47,185 bases of DNA from Vicugna vicugna (Eukaryota): NCBI GenBank assembly GCA_013265495.1, contig MU057403.1, positions 491,481 to 538,665 on the forward strand, written 5' to 3'. The notes below the pieces were generated by a model. The model saw only the letters and a program-made list of their open reading frames with translations, did no database searches and had not been told where the DNA came from. The position numbers and the translations under genes are program-made. Below are positions 30,438-41,759 of this stretch, piece after piece. Within the stretch, counting starts at the first letter, position 1. Each line of letters starts with the position of its first letter.

Positions 30438-30570
30438 GGGGTAGGAAGGCAGAGAGGGTATGTCTCAGTGGTAGAGCACATGCTTAGCATGCACAAGGTC
30501 CTCGGATCAATCTCCAGTACTTCCGTTAAAAAAATTAAATAAACCTAATTACCTCTCCCCACCAAAAAAT
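30438..30570 (+). mobile_element. tRNA-Ala-derived SINE (camelid vic-1-like)
   Basis: gagggtatgtctcagtggtagagcacatgcttagcatgcacaaggtcctcggatcaatctccagtac followed by the tail aaataaacctaattacc. Flanked by AAAATTAT(A/T)AAC at 30426-30437 and 30571-30582. Confidence 0.8.
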
Positions 30571-31690
30571 AAAATTATTAACACATGAGGATTTCTGAGT
30601 TTGCAATAAATCACATGAATTGTTATGAAATTAAATTTATAATGAAAAATATCATGTTTCTGACTACACGTCATTTAATTTTCAATTTTTTTGTTAATCT
30701 TCATGAACTATCTTTTAGAAATGGAGGTTGTGTAATACAAAGTGGGATAATAAGCAGGTGATAGGATTCAATTAAGAAGGTACTATTTTAAGTATAAGCT
30801 ATAGTATACGCTGGCTGGTAATAAGTCATTTGGAAAAATCTTGATTTTAGGGTACAAATAATATCACAACACTGGCTTTTCATACCCTGAGGATTATTGG
30901 AATTCAAGAAGACTGGAACAGAATTGGAAACAACCATGACAGATTAGAGCACTGTATTCTTTCAGCAGAACCAAATTCGGTAGGAACGTATACAAAGTAT
31001 ACCAAAAAAACAATAAACGGTGTGGGCTGGGGAAGGAGCACTGGTGAATCTGACCGGGTCAGTCCTGACCGCGGTCAGCTCTGCTCGCTGACTGTTCACC
31101 ATTCCTTGTACTGTGATGGGACCCACCTTTCATACATATTTTTAAGTGAAATGGCGAAAGAACTAAATGTTTACAGAGGGGCAAGGTGACTTAAATAAAT
31201 GAAAAGCTGATCTTAGGAAAATCTGAAGTAAGAGAATAGGAAATTCTTTCTAAATTCTTTCAAGATTGAAAAGGTTCGAGTTTTGCTTGATTTGTTACCG
31301 CTTTGAATTACGTGACGTATTTGTATGGAGAGATTCTAGGAAGAGCCGATCAGGGAAATGGGTTTAAGTTAAGAGAATTCAGTTGTGTAAATGACAGAGT
31401 CTCTTGACTTTTAAGATGGATTAAATTCTAGAATAGTTATCAAGAGATGCAGTGGAATCTCCATCCCTGGAGAATTACATAAGCATAATATAAATTCTGA
31501 GTGGTTCTAGATTCCCCTGCCAGAGGCTGGGGGCAAACTTAGATGATCCCTGGAAGGACCTTTGTGGATCTGCATTCTAACAATAATGTAATGGTTTTGA
31601 AATACAGGTTGATACCAAGTTATGTTTTTCTGGGCTTTCTGTAAGGAAGGGCAGCTTATATTAACATCACTTAAAAATTCACTGTATTGA

Positions 31691-31929
31691 TGTACAGCAC
31701 TGTGATTATGGTTAGCATTACTGTATTGTATACTTAAAATTTGCTGACAGGGTAAATCTTAAGTATTCTTACCACAAAGAAAGAAGGAAAAAGATAACCA
31801 TGTAAGGTGATGGATGTTTATTAGCTTGATAATGGTGATCACTGTATGCATATCAAAATATGAAGTTTACACCTGAATATAAACAATTTGTATTTGTGAA
31901 TTATACTTAAGTGAAGCTCAAAAAAAAAA
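31691..31929 (+). mobile_element. L1MA-type 3' end with poly(A) and exact TSD
   Basis: tgtacagcac...actgtattgtatacttaaaatttgct...cacctgaatataaacaattt...A-run. TCACTGTATTGA at 31679-31690 and 31930-31941. Confidence 0.88.
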
Positions 31930-32363
31930 TCACTGTATTGAATGGTTCTTTTTTTTTCATTGAATCATAATAAATGATTACATATCACTTTGGTGATGAT
32001 TTGCTCTTGAGTTCCTGTACTTTTTATTGAAATAATTATAAGGTATTCTGTCATTTTCTTTTTGTTGTTAGAAAGAAGTTTTTATATTTAAACCATTGTA
32101 TAATACGTATTTCCTGTTAGGGAGATGGTCCCTACCTGAATATAAGTATGTTTATGTTCTTTGCTGTTTTTTTCTGACCACGTCACCATTTCACCATCCA
32201 GGGCCAGTTAGAATGGCATGAGATAAAAATGTCATCTCTGTGAATGACTTAGTCTTTCTGAAATTCAATATGGCAAAATCGTCCTCTGCATTTTTCCATT
32301 GTAGTCTCTATTTTTGGCTTCTTAATCTTATTCCTGACTCACTCTTATCCTTATCCTTTGCAG

Positions 32364-32508
32364 AGCCAAACTTGCTTCCTGTTGTGATGCCATTCAAAAC
32401 TTCATTGTTTCTCAAAATAACACTCCAGTTGGGACTAACATGAGTTACGAGGTGGAAAGTAAAAGCGAAATCCAAATCAGAGAGAACATTTTTGCTATGT
32501 TGCCAGTG
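32364..32508 (+). CDS. ST8SIA6: ST8SIA6 coding exon (likely exon 5), 145 bp
   Basis: Acceptor ttatcctttgcAG, donor GTgagt (32509). Translates AKLASCCDAIQNFIVSQNNTPVGTNMSYEVESKSEIQIRENIFAMLPV, in frame with the flanking exons. Confidence 0.96.
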
Positions 32509-34446
32509 GTGAGTGAAGATTTGTGTGTTTTGTTTTATTTGTGTCACCTTTCCAGGTGAGCGTTCTGTCAGATTAAGTCCCAGCATAACAATGGAGGAGC
32601 TGATGAGTTAAAGTGCCGCCCTCCGTTGTTCTGTTGCCTAACATCTGTATGGTGGTCCATATTCACAGGGCAGCTTTGAACGCTTGTGGTGCTGCAGGGG
32701 ATGGTATTTACATAAGCTCTTGGAGCCCTTGTGTCTTGATGGCTCATCCTTGAGTGAGACGAGTTACTTGGACTTTCTACACAGTAATTACTAGGGTATG
32801 GGAAGTTGACCACTTTTTTCACCTGGAATAAGAGTCTTCCAGTTGTCAGCTTTGGTGACTGAATCAGTTCCTTCACGAAGAACTGTAGGTTTATGTGGCT
32901 AATCTTTGGGAAGCGAATACATAAGAATTTGTGGTCAGTAAACATAATCTTAACAAGCCAGGGATTTTTACCTAGTATGTTCCCTGATGTGACTCAAGCT
33001 CCTAGGACATTCCTCAGTGCATGTATACATCCATTACCTAGTTGTTAATTAAACTAGTGAGCATTGATTATATTGTAATGAGTACTGTTACAATATAAAT
33101 CCAAATCTTGGGGGAAATTATTCTCATGATGGATATCCTACTGCTTATAAACTATACTCTCAGGCATCTTTTTATGATATGATAAGAGCAGTGAGGCCAA
33201 GACAGTCTGGTCAAAATGGGATCATTTTATATCTGCAGTTTACCAACTGTAGAATATTCAGTTCTTGCAATTAATTCTATTTTGTTGGACCTTTGACTTC
33301 TTTCAACTATTTTACTGTCATGTAAGTTGTTCCAATTTTTTAAAAAAAATATAACAGTTCAAAGGAAGTATGATTTGCTGAGAATGAATGGAAAATCAAT
33401 ATAAAATGTTAGAGAAAAATATTGCAAACTTTCTGGGAGGGAAAAGGTAACTCCTACAGCATTCTAAAACTCCTCTCGTGATGCACTGAAATTACCAGTA
33501 GTTGGAAAGATATTAACTAAAGAATATTTATGTTGTCCGTCAGGGAGGGCCTTGGGGAGTTCCACAGAAAGCAACTCTTGGCAGTTTTTGCTAGTGTTTT
33601 CCTTGCTTTAGGCTGGCCAGGACAGAGGAGTGGCAGGTATTTTTGCTTCTAATTGACACTTTGAGAAGAATAACAACATAGGCTCAGTAATTCTGGCTGC
33701 AGTTAACAACAGCATCCATTTTCCAAATTGATACTAATGTTTAAAAACTGGGGGGAGGAAATTCTGAAGTCAGTGCAATAAAGATCGCAAAGGGAGGTCA
33801 GTTTTATGTTGCTTCAATATCCCTCCCCATGGACACAGCATCTGACCTCTTTCCCACCTCGCTTCCTGTACCCCCCACCCTGCTCCACACTGCGGGGCTC
33901 ACAGAGAGCAGATCAAAATAGATACTTCTGATTAAGTGTTGTGGAGTCACTTCCTCCAAAAACGTCACAAAGTTACTTGAAAAAAAAAACACAAGGTTGG
34001 CTTTCAACCAGAGTGAGTGACCAGCAAGGCAGCTGAATTGCACAGATTCACGTTTTCTTAGGCAGTTTATTTTAAGGAACATTGAAATTCTCATTTAAAC
34101 TCTTCCTGAATGTGAGATCCCGAAACATACGGATTTTTTGTTCTCTGAGTTGACCAGGAAACCAGAGAAAACATTCATTATTCTGAGTGTTTAATTGGAG
34201 ATGTTTCCCTCAATAGTCTTTTCTGTTGTACCATAAAGAGCCTATTTGCAGCCTGCCTTATCCATAAAATTCAGCATGTACGGTGATCCTGCTTAGTAAA
34301 CACTGAAGACGTCTTGAGCTTGAACTTCAGTGACTTGAAATAGCCTGAGGTGTCTGGGAACCATTTATTTAAGAGCCAGGCACTCTGCTGGGCATTGCAG
34401 CTATACAGGGAAATACAGCACAGACTTAAATTAACACTTCACCCCT

Positions 34447-34473
34447 AACAAGTGCAACAAGTGCAACAAGTGC
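34447..34473. repeat. Perfect 9-bp tandem repeat x3 (AACAAGTGC)
   Basis: Read directly; immediately precedes a MIR. Confidence 0.9.
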
Positions 34474-34477
34474 AGTT

Positions 34478-34575
34478 GTGTGATGTGTAGTTGGTTAAGA
34501 CCATGGACCCTGAAACAGACTGCCGGGGTTTGAATCTCAGCTCTGCCACTTTCCATCATCCTGTCTGTAAAATGC
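34478..34575 (+). mobile_element. MIR SINE fragment
   Basis: gtagttggttaagaccatggac...ggtttgaatctcagctctgccactt...tctgtaaaatg. Confidence 0.75.
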
Positions 34576-34814
34576 TCACCAGATTGTTGTATGGATTCCG
34601 TGTATTGGTAAGTTACCCACTTGGAAAAAAATGCCTCTCGCATGAGAAGCACACGATTTTTCATCTTTTAGGGACAAACCTCGACATCCTAAAGTAGAGT
34701 TATCATATGTTTAGAGTGAGGTAGGATCTCATGGGCAGCTCAGAGCCACACTGGTCCTGGGGTGTTGCCAGTGAGGCTGGTACACTGGGCAGGTAGGTGC
34801 ACGCCCTGTTGAAT

Positions 34815-34942
34815 AGCACTGTAAATACCCACACTGTGGCAGACTGTAGTTTACTAGTGGTTTAACAACCAGATGACAGAATTCTGAATATGTACTGGGT
34901 GGCTCCCATAAGCTGGTACCACTGGGTTCCAGCACAGCATTG
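34815..34942. mobile_element. MER63-like fragment
   Basis: tgtaaatacccacactgtggc...tttaacaacc...gttccagcacagcattg; related to 965-1092. Confidence 0.45.
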
Positions 34943-35938
34943 GGGTTGCACCAACGTGGCCACTGGGCCAGCAGACATCATTGAGAAGTGACATCCTTCT
35001 GTAGGAAAGGGCTAGGTCTGTAGGAAAAGGGAAGAGAAAATTAAAAGTAATAGACACACTCTGTGCCCTTGAGGACCAACATTTGAATTTAGAGACCAGG
35101 TAGGTGAATCAGGACCTGTTCATTGTGGACATGTGAGCTGGGCCTCTTCCTTCTGGTTAAGGTCTCATCATTATTTCTGGAAAAGTGACCCACAAAGGCA
35201 AAGTGCACTGTCAAACTGAGCAGTTGTGTTTCAGACTGGGGAGGATTTGGTGAAAGTGGGAAGTCTTTTGGGGTCGGCCAGTTGGGTCCTTGGAGGAAAC
35301 AAAAATGATTCCGGCCTTGGAGATGAACTTGAAATAAATCAGCACAGAGTTAAAAGATCTCCCTGAAGCACCATGTCCGGTCATTTGTGGAGATGACAGG
35401 CATAAATCCCCTGTCATCACCCAGCCTGAAGGTCCAACTATTTAAGAAAGACAACGAGCTTTCACTAAATTAGCTATTAATTTTATGGCCGAGAGTAGAG
35501 AATTTAATGCTCCTTTCTAATTGCTTTATTTTCTGGGGGTTTTTTTGTTGTTATTGTTTTTTTGCTGAAAATGGTCCTGTCTGTCAGAAAGATACCATGT
35601 GAGATTTTGCCATTCTCGTTTTATTTACTTAAGTATGTGATGTCAGATGTGTCAAATTACATCTTATAAACAAATATATTTTTATTATTACATTATATTG
35701 TGGGTGATATGCTGTATACTTCTTGCAAGAGAAATGAAATGTAGGTTTGCAGGATTTTTTAGGAACTTTTAGTCATAAGTTGATCAGTGTACAGTGGTGT
35801 CGCTACTTCTGCCCCTCTTTCTTGTTCTCTCTTGTTCCTTAGCAGGTGTAATAATTAAGCTGCTTGAATTAAGCTGCTGCTCTTTATGGTCCTAAAACTA
35901 AAGCCATCTCATGGCAGTTTTTCACTTTCTCCTGATAG

Positions 35939-36051
35939 TCTCAGCCTTTTGTGGAGTACCCCTACAATCAGTGCGCAGTGGTCGGAAATGGAGGAATTCT
36001 GAATCAGTCTCTCTGCGGAGCTGAAATAGATAAATCTGACTTCGTGTTTAG
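35939..36051 (+). CDS. ST8SIA6: ST8SIA6 coding exon (likely exon 6), 113 bp, first half of sialylmotif L
   Basis: Acceptor ttcactttctcctgatAG, donor GTaaga (36052). Translates SQPFVEYPYNQCAVVGNGGILNQSLCGAEIDKSDFVFR (CAVVGNGGIL = sialylmotif L). Confidence 0.97.
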
Positions 36052-36342
36052 GTAAGATCTGTCAAATGGGTTTCTTTGAAATCCCAGATGAGTTGGATAT
36101 TTGAAAGGAATAGGGTAAAGACACTCCATGTCCATTTTGACCTTTGAGCTGTGATGCTTAAGGCTACAGCTGATCTAGTGTGTTTCTTGAAATATTAAGT
36201 GGATCATGAGTTCCTCTGAATGTTGATATCAGAAGGGTAATAAAAATGTGCCACAGTCAGTTTCCAGAAACCCTGCTTGAAATCATGGTGAAAGAGGATC
36301 TTCACTGCCAGACTTGTCAGAGCCTCCAGTGTATTAAGGATA

Positions 36343-36458
36343 CCTTTCTTTCTTTCCTTTCTTTCCTTTCTTTCCTTCCTTCCTTCCTTCCTTCCTTCCT
36401 TCCTTCCTTCCTTCCTTCCTTTCTTTCTTTCTTTCTTTCTTTCTATCTCTTTCTTTTT
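36343..36458. repeat. (CCTT)n(CTTT)n microsatellite
   Basis: Read directly: near-pure pyrimidine tetranucleotide array. Confidence 0.95.
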
Positions 36459-38663
36459 AAACAGAGCATTTCAAGTAAGTTTTGTTCTCAGATAATACTT
36501 GGAGCATGTTGACCTAGGCATTTTACAGCCACACAATATCATCGTTTATTTAGGTTTCTGGCTTGAAATATTTTTTAAAAATTGTGCAGCTTCTAAATTC
36601 TGGTCTTGTTACATGTTTATATCTCAGTTCAAGCAAGCTTGCAGAAACAGTAACAAAAAATGGTTTCCGTGTGTGTCTGTACTAACAAAGCAAGGGATAG
36701 AGCATCTCCACTTTCAGAATATATGGACAGGTGACTCATCCCTGTGAGGGTGGATTTCAGTTGAAATGCACCTTTTTTATAAAGTAAGTCAAAATTTGTT
36801 TCTTCCTATTTGGGAAGCACTGACTGCATACATCAGAAGAAATCCTTTGATCCTTATCGATTTAATGCTGCCCTTTTTAGCACATGAAAAAGAATTATAA
36901 TTTTGAATCAGTAGCTCCCCCGACTTTAATCTCATTTAGAATTTTGTGCTGAAGGGAATGGCAGAACCACAGACCTGGCAGTCCAATCATTATTGAATAT
37001 GTTCCTTGTGATTAATGTGAAAGTGGCCAGTACCTGCGTGATTTAGCCATTCTGTTAAAGTACTCAGTATGAAAAAGCCATAATGATGATAAATAATTCT
37101 TCTTGTAATAGACATTTTATAGACTGAAAAATTCCCAAAACATCTGTGGTGAGTGTTATGTCTAAACATCCATTTTACTTTATAGCAAATACAGGAAATA
37201 CAAGGTTTTTGTTAGATTTAACAATCAGGGGAGAGGAAAAAAAAAAAAAAGCCCTGAACAGCTACTTAATTTATACCTCTAAAATAAGCACATGTATTTC
37301 CAGATTCTACATTTGCTGATGCCAGGAATTTTTCTGAATACAGAGTTCCTTTTGATGTTGACCTTCCAACCTGAAAGGCCAAATGAAGGCTAGATGTGTT
37401 TGGTGGCATTAAAATCTATTTACTTTTTTAAGGCCAGATTTACTTTGGCCATGAATGTATTTCGTAGTTTATAAGCCCATCTGGAGACTACTTTCTTTAA
37501 AATTTTCCATTTCAAAAGGTCGAGAGCTGTCAGCTGCGTGTGTAAGAAATGGGAATAGGCGATGCATGGCTTTGCTGTACTGTGTGTGTACGGCACCTAA
37601 CAGTTCCCCTAGGAGCCGCATCTGATACTATTGGGAAAATCACCTTTGAGTCTTCAAAAGAACGTGAGACTGTTCTAGAAGGTGGATTTGTTATAGGAAG
37701 CCCACTGATAAAGACATTTCTGTGGCCTATTATCGAAGATTTTCCCCAAGGTGCCACATTTAACCATGTTCTGATGTATTTTTTAAATCAGTGAGAGAAG
37801 TCCATGTTTTATATGGACTGTATTATCTGTATGTTTTATATCGCATAGAATAGAATCTTTCTGCTTCAGTCACATTACAGAACACCTCAGGTTTAAATAG
37901 CCTTCCTCACTGATGCTCCCTTTATATGGGCAGCTTTAAGGAAATGGTCTACTTGAAATTCTGTAAATGATACTTTGGGATCATAACCAACTCCCCGCCT
38001 CCTTTTTTTTTTTTTTTTTTTTTTTACAGGAATGTATTTAGCCCCAAATTATAATTCTCAATTTGTTTTCCAATTTAAAAACAAATTAGCACTCAAAAGG
38101 AGATGAGAACATCAGTAGGAAAACATCATTATAAGAACCATTAGGGTTTTATTTATTAACAGCATGATTTGGTGGGAAAGTCCATATGGGAATCAGGAAA
38201 TTTTGTTTTTTGTTTTTTGTGTTTTTTTTTGTATAGCCTTTGCTTCTGGCAGACTCTATAACCCTTAGTCACAATGCCTCCATTTTTAAATATCTGTAAA
38301 TTGGTGATCATACTATTGTGGGACTATAATTAATATAAATAATAATTTTAATAGAAGGATCATGAATTCTTCAAAAGCTACACAAGGTGTAATTGTCATT
38401 TCTTGCTTTGTTACTTATAAAGATCTTAATCAAAATTGAAAGCCTTTTTTCAAATTCATACATTTCATGCAATGTTGAAATGCCAACCAAAAGTTCAGTA
38501 CTTATTAAATGGTTTTAAATGAAAATCAGATGAATTCTGAGATCTCTTAAGAGCAATGATTTTTCTCCAATGAGAATGATCTCATGTATATGTGTGAATG
38601 TGTGTGTATGTACTTTTTTTTTAGAAGTTATATTTTGAAAATAGTTTTTCTTTCAAATTCCAG

Positions 38664-38756
38664 GTGTAACATCCCCCCAACCACAGGGAATGTTAGCAAA
38701 GATGTTGGCAGTAAAACCAACCTGGTAACTTTAAATCCTAGTATCATACGACTAAG
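38664..38756 (+). CDS. ST8SIA6: ST8SIA6 coding exon (likely exon 7), 93 bp, second half of sialylmotif L
   Basis: Acceptor tttcaaattccAG, donor GTaagt (38757). Translates CNIPPTTGNVSKDVGSKTNLVTLNPSIIRLR. Confidence 0.96.
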
Positions 38757-39904
38757 GTAAGTACCTCCAAATTACATTTCTGTTCAAGAACGTTTTTTCA
38801 TTAACTCTTAGTCTGAGCATTAATCTTGGTGCTGAGAATGACTCCCAGTACAGATGGAATGGCTTTGGGGGAAATATGTAAGAATATATTATTGGTAATT
38901 TAGGTGTTGGCTCATAAGAAGTATGACTTCCAATGTCATAGTTGCTAATCAAATGAGAACTTATTTTACCTCCTCATCTTTTTTTAACAGCAAAGTTCCT
39001 TTTTTCAGTGTTCTTTCAGAATTTTACTGCTATACTTTTATCTTGATAGCACTTTCTTGAAGAAAACTTAGTCTATTTAGAAGCTTTGGAGAGTAAGCCT
39101 TAGGAGAACCTGGCAAAAATCAAGTTTTCGGTTTGGGTAGTTTATTTCTGAAGGATAATTTCCATATTTTCTTTTCCGCACTGTAACTACTACAAAATGT
39201 CAGCTGTTTAATAAAAATCCCATTCATAGTTTTATTCTACAGTTTTCATCAAAAGTGACTAATAATTGTTATTAATAGTATGCACCCCTCAAATAGTTCT
39301 AGTATGTCTTAAGAGAATATAAAATATTGTTCCCATCTCCCCAGTGTTTATTTTCTAAACACACATAAACAGGATATTTACTGAGGTATTATTTAAATCA
39401 GACATCACAATCTGTGGAGGAAATTTTAAATGTGTGTGTGTACGCATGTAGGCATTTTAGGTTTTCTAAATGAAACTGTTATTTTATAATAACATTTGTA
39501 TAAGTTTACAGCTCAATGAATTCTTAAAAATGTATAGATATTTAAATATTGTCTTATGTTTGAGAAAACAGTTCAGCATTATGAATTTGGAAGGTGTTTC
39601 AGCATCAAAAAGTAACCCTAGGAAAAAATGACGTGAGTTGGAAGATAAAATAATGTAAAACAATGCATGCTGAGTGAAAGCATTGCCTCATAAGAAAGTA
39701 GGAAGCATAGATGTGCCGAGAGAGAGAAAGACCAGCCCCGATATGCACATGATGCTTGCTTAACATGTCTTCTCTGAGTCTCCAGTTTATCTCAGTGATA
39801 TAAATGGTTCTGCTTTTTGGCCAGTGGTGAATTCAGCCTCATGTCACCAAACCTGCTCATTTGAGTATTACTGTTAAAATTATGATTTTTTAAAAATTTG
39901 GCAG

Positions 39905-40373
39905 ATATGGGAACTTAAAGGAAAAGAAGGCAATGTTTCTGGAGGACATGGCCACCTATGGAGATGCATTCGTCCTTCTACCGGCATTCTCCTTCAGGGC
40001 CAACACCGGGGCCTCTTTTAAAGTGTACAGCACACTGAAGGAGTCTAAAGCAAGACAAAAAGTTTTATTTTTTCATCCCAAGTACCTGAAAAACCTAGCC
40101 CTTTTCTGGAGGACTAAAGGTGTGACCGAGTATCGCCTGTCCTCCGGCTTGATGATCACAAGTGTGGCGGTTGAACTGTGTGAGAGCGTGAAGCTGTATG
40201 GCTTTTGGCCCTTCTCTAAAACTGCAGAGAACACATCTGTCAGCCACCACTACTACGACAACCATTTACCTAAACGCGGTTTCCATGAGATGCCCAAAGA
40301 GTATAGCCAAATTCTCCAGCTCCACGTGAAAGGAATCCTCAAATTGCAGTTTAGCAAATGTGAAGTAGCCTAA
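39905..40373 (+). CDS. ST8SIA6: ST8SIA6 last coding exon (alpha-2,8-sialyltransferase 8F, GT29 family), to stop codon
   Basis: Acceptor ggcAG (39903-39904). YGNLKEKKA followed by ORF 39933-40373, with sialylmotif S (LSSGLMITSVAVELCESVKLYGFWPF), motif III (HHYYD), motif VS (HEMPKEY) and C-terminus LQFSKCEVA*. Confidence 0.98.
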
Positions 40374-41759
40374 GCAGAAGGTCTTAAAGTGGGAATAATT
40401 TTTATATAATGCAGTAGGTGAGTATCAATGTTCCAAACACCAAAAGATGTGATTATAGGGAATAATAGGAAAAGTCCTGAAATTTGGTTGGATCAAAGCT
40501 CCCTGCTATGTTTGCAACCTCAGCATCTCATTTAATTGTTCTAATCATCAGTTTTTCTTCCTGTAAGATGGGGACCATGATATCTAACTCATATTAGGGA
40601 AATGTGATAATCTTTGAACACTCTTGGCAAGTATTTGGCATTAGGTAGGAACACAATGACTATTGCCTTGTTGATATTTGTAATAGCCATTTCCACCCTC
40701 ACCAGACATAATAAAAGGCAGGCTGTCTCGAAGACCCTTTCTGGAGAGAACAGCTGAATTGCCAATATTCACTGGAGTTCTTTCTCCATCAGATCGTTTT
40801 ATTGTCAATAATATCTTTCTCACCTTTCTTCATGTCTTAAAGGGTGCATTTAAGAAAATTGTGGGTGATCTCTTAAACAAGAAACCCTTGGTTATTTAGG
40901 AATGAATTCTGTCTCTTTGTGTGCCTAATTACATTCATTTGTGTCTTGAGCTGTGCTGACATGGTGGTTAGATTAAGACCAGTTCTTTTCCTCTTTTATC
41001 TACATTTTAAAGTCACTCTTTAAGTTCTAGTCACTTTCTGCCTCACGCCCAAGCCTTTTCCTCTCCCACTGACAGGATTTGCTTTACGAGTGGGAATAGT
41101 TACTATACTCAGTAATTCTTATCTGTTGTCTTGCCTCTGGGGCCCCTCATTCAATTGATTTGTTTTTAATGATTGAGCAGTGACTTCATGAGCCTTTCGC
41201 AGGCTCTGTGAGAGGGACATGAGATACTAAGTTCTGCAGGGGAACACAGATGTGTGTATTGTGAACTGTGATGTGCTGTTCTAATCGTTATCACAAAAGC
41301 TGAGTAAAGCACTACAAGGAACAGAGGCAAGAATCATCCAGCCAATTTCAGTGGAATCAAACAGTAAAAGTTCTCAAACGATATCAAAACACATTTTCTG
41401 TTTTGTTCCAAGAGGAAGAGTACAGATATCCTTTGGTAGAAAAATAACAGAGCTAAGGAGGTATGTTTTACAGAAGGGGAGACCTGCACAAATGACTAGG
41501 AGAAGAAAATACATATGTGAAAATGAACATTTACATCGTGCCAAGTACTATGCTGGGTATTTTATGTATGATATCATGTTTAATAAAGCAAACCTTTGAC
41601 ACTTATGTTCTTATCCTCACATAAGAAATATAGAAGAGACTCAAATAGGTAACTTTTGTAAGGTTAAATTATGAGTAGAGTTAGTATTCATTCTCCTGTC
41701 TGTCTGACCCTAAGCCCATGTGTTCACCTATGAAGGCATCCTCACACTCAAGATAATAT

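Noticed and set aside
30452..30525. tRNA-Ala-like sequence as a real tRNA gene
   Set aside because: Degenerate stems and B box, A-rich SINE tail and flanking TSD identify it as a SINE.
34447..34473. Short direct repeats as a CRISPR-like array
   Set aside because: Three 9-bp units with no spacers in a mammalian intron; ordinary slippage.
40374..41600. ST8SIA6 polyadenylation site (AATAAA near 41582)
   Set aside because: The hexamer lies within MIR-like sequence, and the transcript end cannot be fixed from sequence alone.
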